Source: Ginglymostoma cirratum
Taxonomy: Eukaryota
Length of the DNA: 64,000 bases
Assembly (NCBI GenBank): GCA_024137785.1
Contig: JAHRHZ010000085.1
Location: 2,232,279 to 2,296,278 of the forward strand
Direction of reading: 5' to 3'
Below are positions 60,068 through 64,000 of the stretch, piece by piece. The notes beneath the pieces were generated by a model, which did not search any database, had not been told where the DNA came from, and was given only the letters and a program-made list of their open reading frames with translations. Position 1 is the stretch's first letter. The number at the start of each line of letters is the position of its first letter. The position numbers and the translations under genes are program-made.

Positions 60068-62047
60068 ATGTCTGTGTGTTATTCACAACAGGACTTCTGT
60101 GTGTTGTGCATCGTGTGTGCAGGTGCACATTTATTTTTAGCTACGTATGAATGGTTCATAAGGTGCAACATGAATTTAAAGCTAGATTGGAAAACTTTGC
60201 GGACACTTCCTTTCATTATTATTTTCGAGTTTTTTTGCATGTTAAATTTCACAGAGCTCATTTGTCATTGTGTCAGGGGCAAGAAAAGATGACATTCAAT
60301 GAGGACAATAGTTTAAAAATTGGAGAATTAGTGGATTAGGCATGGGAAATTGATGTTGCATCAATGGCCTGGAACAATAGAACATAGAACATAGAATTTA
60401 GAACGTAGAACAGTACAGCACAGTACAGACCCTTCAGCCCACGATGTTGTGCCAACTTGTTTTCCTACTAAGATCAATCTACCCTGCCTAACCTCCATTT
60501 TACTATTCTCAATGTGCCTATGCAAGAGTCGCTAAAACGTGTCTCAAGTATCTGACCCCACTACCACTGCCGGCAGCGCATTCCACATGCCCACCACTCT
60601 CTGTGTAAAGAACCTACCTCTGACAACTCCCCTATCCCTCCCTCTAATCACTTTTAAATTATGCCCCCTCGTAATAGTCATTTCTGTCCTGGGAAAAAGT
60701 CTCTGAGTATCCAAGGATGTTATTTGGACAGACCGTCTTCTTGTTTAATCTAACCGTGTTTCCTTGGCTGATAGTTGCTGTGGGCATTTCGGCCAAGCTA
60801 AAACCAGATCTCGGACATATAACTGTGCAGAGACGTTCATCAGTTTTGATGCTATGTCCATTCTCCTTCGAAAGCAACCATTGAAATGTTGTCCCTTACT
60901 GGTGGAGAGAACGTCATAATACCTTTCTGCAGGAGGATAGCAGAAAGTTGTTCACTGTTGTTAGAGGAACAGCCCTACCTTAAACTTCTGAATGGGACTG
61001 TCCGGGACATTGGAACACATTACTGTGTCGTCAAGTATCAGCATCGAGCGGTTGGGAAAGGAACTGCTGTGCAACTTACTGGAGATGGTGTGACCGCAGA
61101 CAAACATGGTGTCTTAGCTGCATTTCACATAAACAATGAACTTCTTTAAAATGAAATTATCAACAGTGTGCGAAACTTGTAGAAAATGTCACAGTACAAT
61201 GATGACCATCTGCACTTCTTTGGAAAATTGTGCTGAAATGTACCTATTGCAGAAGAAGTTAATATCAAATTTTGAAGCTATCCATTTTTCTTTACTAATC
61301 TAAACATTGGGAAACAATTTGAAAAGATACAGATAATACCTGCAGTATTGCATATTTTGAATATCCGGTATCTAATTGAAAATAAATTTCCTGTCCCCAT
61401 CGTTTGGACCGTGGCTGTCGCAGTTTCTACGATCTCGATTCGAGTTCCAAACCGGTTGTTACAAGAAGGATGCAGAATGACATCCCAAATGCATTTTCAA
61501 TAATTAATATGTATATTGGTAAAACAGATTTTATTGAACTTTGTAATGGTGCATCAATTGCTTTGGGGGGGGTGGTGCGGAGGGCCAGGGGTTTTATGTG
61601 ATAAATGTAATATTTACTCCAAACAAATAATGATGACTAATGCAAAAACCATGCCTCAAAATTACACATGGTTTGTTCATTAATTAATTGAAGCTTTGGA
61701 GTAGCATTCTGATGTTTAGATTTATCTGAATTATATTATTTACAATGCAGCTTCACCAGCTCCCCTGAATATTGTGCCAGTACCATTGGAAGACATTTCT
61801 TTCATTCTGCACTGCAGGACTTCTGCTTTTTACCCAAAAGACTTTAATATTACTTGGCACAAAAATGATACAAAAGCCTTGAGTGGATTTAGAAATGAAC
61901 AACAAGTAAATACCAACGGATGTCATGAGGTTGTCAGAACCGGAGAAGTGCCAGAGGCAGTCGAATGTGACACAGCTTACACTTGTCAAGTGCATCACAT
62001 TTCAAGCTCATTTCCAGAAAATGTCAGTTACACTATTGTGAAAGAAG
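60068..62047 (+). pseudogene. Tandem paralog pseudogene of the VJ-C1 receptor: leader 60068..60122, V 60775..61087, C1 61751..62047
   Basis: Exon and intron homology to the 36.8-39.3 kb gene. In-frame TGA at 60882-60884 (TCA in copy 1), frameshift near 60972-60975, V donor shortened (gtaagtgtc to gtgtg), C1 phase-1 donor lost. The C1 keeps both Cys (HCRT, YTCQVHH). Confidence 0.9.
60377..60711 (-). mobile_element. CR1/HER1-like 3' end inserted in intron 1 of the pseudogene
   Basis: (TAGAACA)n tail. Absent from the orthologous site GGCCTGGAA^TAAGGATG (37111-37127) of copy 1. Confidence 0.88.
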
Positions 62048-62351
62048 TGTGGGGGTGACCTGTCCCTGTCCATACAAAGTGACCTGTATCTGCTTGCACC
62101 AAAGCGGCCCATGTTTGAAAGGCACAAAATGGCCAACAAGGATTAAAACAAAATGTGAAAGCCTGCTCTCGTATTCAATTGAAACACACTGGTACCTTTG
62201 AACAAGACTATCCCAAGGTCAGCAAAAGAGCCTTACCACCGACATCCGAGACAGTTCTGATAAGAAGGTGCCTAAGGATGGATAAGTAACTAATCCCAGC
62301 CTCCAACAAAAGGATGATGGTCCCAGTAAACAAATAAAACCAATTGTGAGG

Positions 62352-62532
62352 GAGATAACAAGGTGTAGAGCTGGATGAACACAGCAGGCCAAGCAGAATC
62401 GGAGGAGAACGAAGGCTGACGTTTCGGGGCTAGGCCCCTCAAAGGGTCTAGGCCCGAAACATCAGCTTTCCTGCTCCTCTGATGCTGCTTGGCTTGCTGT
62501 GTTCATTCATATCTGCACCTTGTTACCTCAGA
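62352..62532. mobile_element. Penelope-derived fold-back mini-element
   Basis: Inverted arms of about 85 bp meeting near 62440. Confidence 0.8.
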
Positions 62533-64000
62533 CCAAGGTGAGTTTCAGCCCAAGCATCGGCTAGATTAACTTCCTTTAACTCCCTAAGTAGCTGCAAAAA
62601 GTGACAGCTAAAGTTACTTTGATGTAAATAGTTGCTTCTTTGAAACTACATGCAATATTAAATAGACTGTAGTTAAAAATTCCTTAATCACAGAAATAGT
62701 TTTAACATATATTAAAAGTGTAATACAAGCATTAGAAGAAACACATTTAAATTTACATGTTAAATTTACTTAGCCTCAGGTAATAATGTAATGCACTGAA
62801 TAATAGAACTTAAGTGATAAGAAGACTGAGGAAGATCCGAAGCAGTGTAGCCAGTAGCTTTGGAATGTGAATGAATAGAATGTGTAGAAAGATCCCTCGG
62901 CCTAGAGATTACAATGTCTGGTAAACGCCATAAGATCATGGGAACCTGGTGATGTCCATTGGAATGACCATAACTGATTAGATGTCCCACAGGATTGAGT
63001 ATATGGATTAAGGAGGAAGGACAGTGAGTATGCTGTATTTGATAGTTGTAACAGAGCATGTGTGAAATGCTTACTTTTCACTGTAACAATCAGAATATGT
63101 CATTGATCTCCCTTTCAATTCGGGAAGATTCTTTTGCCCTCTCCCTGATCCAACTGGTTTTTGCTTGAATAAACATCTTCCTGCCTGCCTCGTGACACCA
63201 ACACTTTCACAAAAATGGTTTACATGGTTTGATGCCCTATTCACAGCCTTAAATATGGATTCACTCACATTGTTTCCTCTAATTTCATCGTGAGCAAGTG
63301 TCGATATCTTACCCCAAGCCCCTTCTTTTTTAGCTGACATCAAATTGAAATAGCTGACGTCCAAACTCACAACTTTGCTTTACCCCACCAGTTAGACTCT
63401 ACAGTGTCAAAAATGACCCTTCTTTAAAAATCTGCTTTCTGTTTGTTGCCCATCAGCTAACTTTATACCCTCAGAGAATGAATTTATGTTCATGGTGCTC
63501 ACTGAGCTTATGTGTGACACAGGGAGAAACACTGTTAATGTTACATAACATAAAACACTAAGATATCTGCAACTGAAAAATTACAAACAAATTTAGTTGA
63601 AAAACAACCAAGCTATGCTCATGATACGGCTATAAATTCACCATTGGCCCACTTGAGTACTATCAGTTCCCCATAAACTCTTTCGTGGAACTTTATGGTT
63701 TAGCTGTTTAAAATCCAAAACAATATATGACTTCCCCCACTTCTCCCTTATTTATATTTTTACTTACACATGAGGAAATCAGCAGATGTTCACATGAACA
63801 GTGGAATTAGAGGCAAGTGCAGGTCAGTCAGTTTTTCCAGCCTGTTCTGTTATTCCGCACATTCAATAAAATGACTGGTATGAAAAATCAATCCATTTGG
63901 GAGGCTTTGTTCAAACAAGGTCATCAGAAATCTGACTGTAACCTCAAACCTACATTCAAACAGAACTGCTGATAATCTTTCACCTCTTTCCTCCATTGGA

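Noticed and set aside
63071-63370. Minus ORF resembling a Myb/SANT-like transposon protein (AKKEGAWGKI)
   Set aside because: Similarity is too weak to call without a search.
1-64000. Prokaryotic systems (CRISPR arrays, operons, retrons)
   Set aside because: The sequence is intron-containing vertebrate DNA with no regularly spaced repeat-spacer array. All RT motifs belong to LINE or PLE elements.

Overview
Repeat-rich vertebrate genomic DNA, most likely from a shark or other cartilaginous fish. This is inferred from HE1-type V-SINEs and HER1/CR1-type LINE tails ending in (TTCTATG)n. Most ORFs in the supplied track are transposon debris or spurious. The main content is a spliced Ig-superfamily receptor gene on the + strand (36840-44050), reconstructed by hand as six exons: leader, a compact V domain with a germline-joined J-like strand, a C1-set domain, a TM exon, a 53-nt cytoplasmic exon and a terminal exon carrying an ITIM (LTYLAL) plus a second Tyr motif (PVYAAV). 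The predicted protein is 321 aa. A tandem pseudogenised paralog (leader, V, C1) lies at 60068-62047. Together they point to a birth-and-death cluster of non-rearranging VJ-C1 inhibitory receptors (SIRP-like architecture). The rest of the window holds CR1-group LINEs, two SINE families, Penelope-like elements and short fold-back derivatives carrying minimal hammerhead ribozyme cores, a Tx1 fragment inserted in an LTR TATA box, a class I ERV remnant, local segmental duplications and two assembly gaps. Repeat boundaries are approximate and were estimated by eye.
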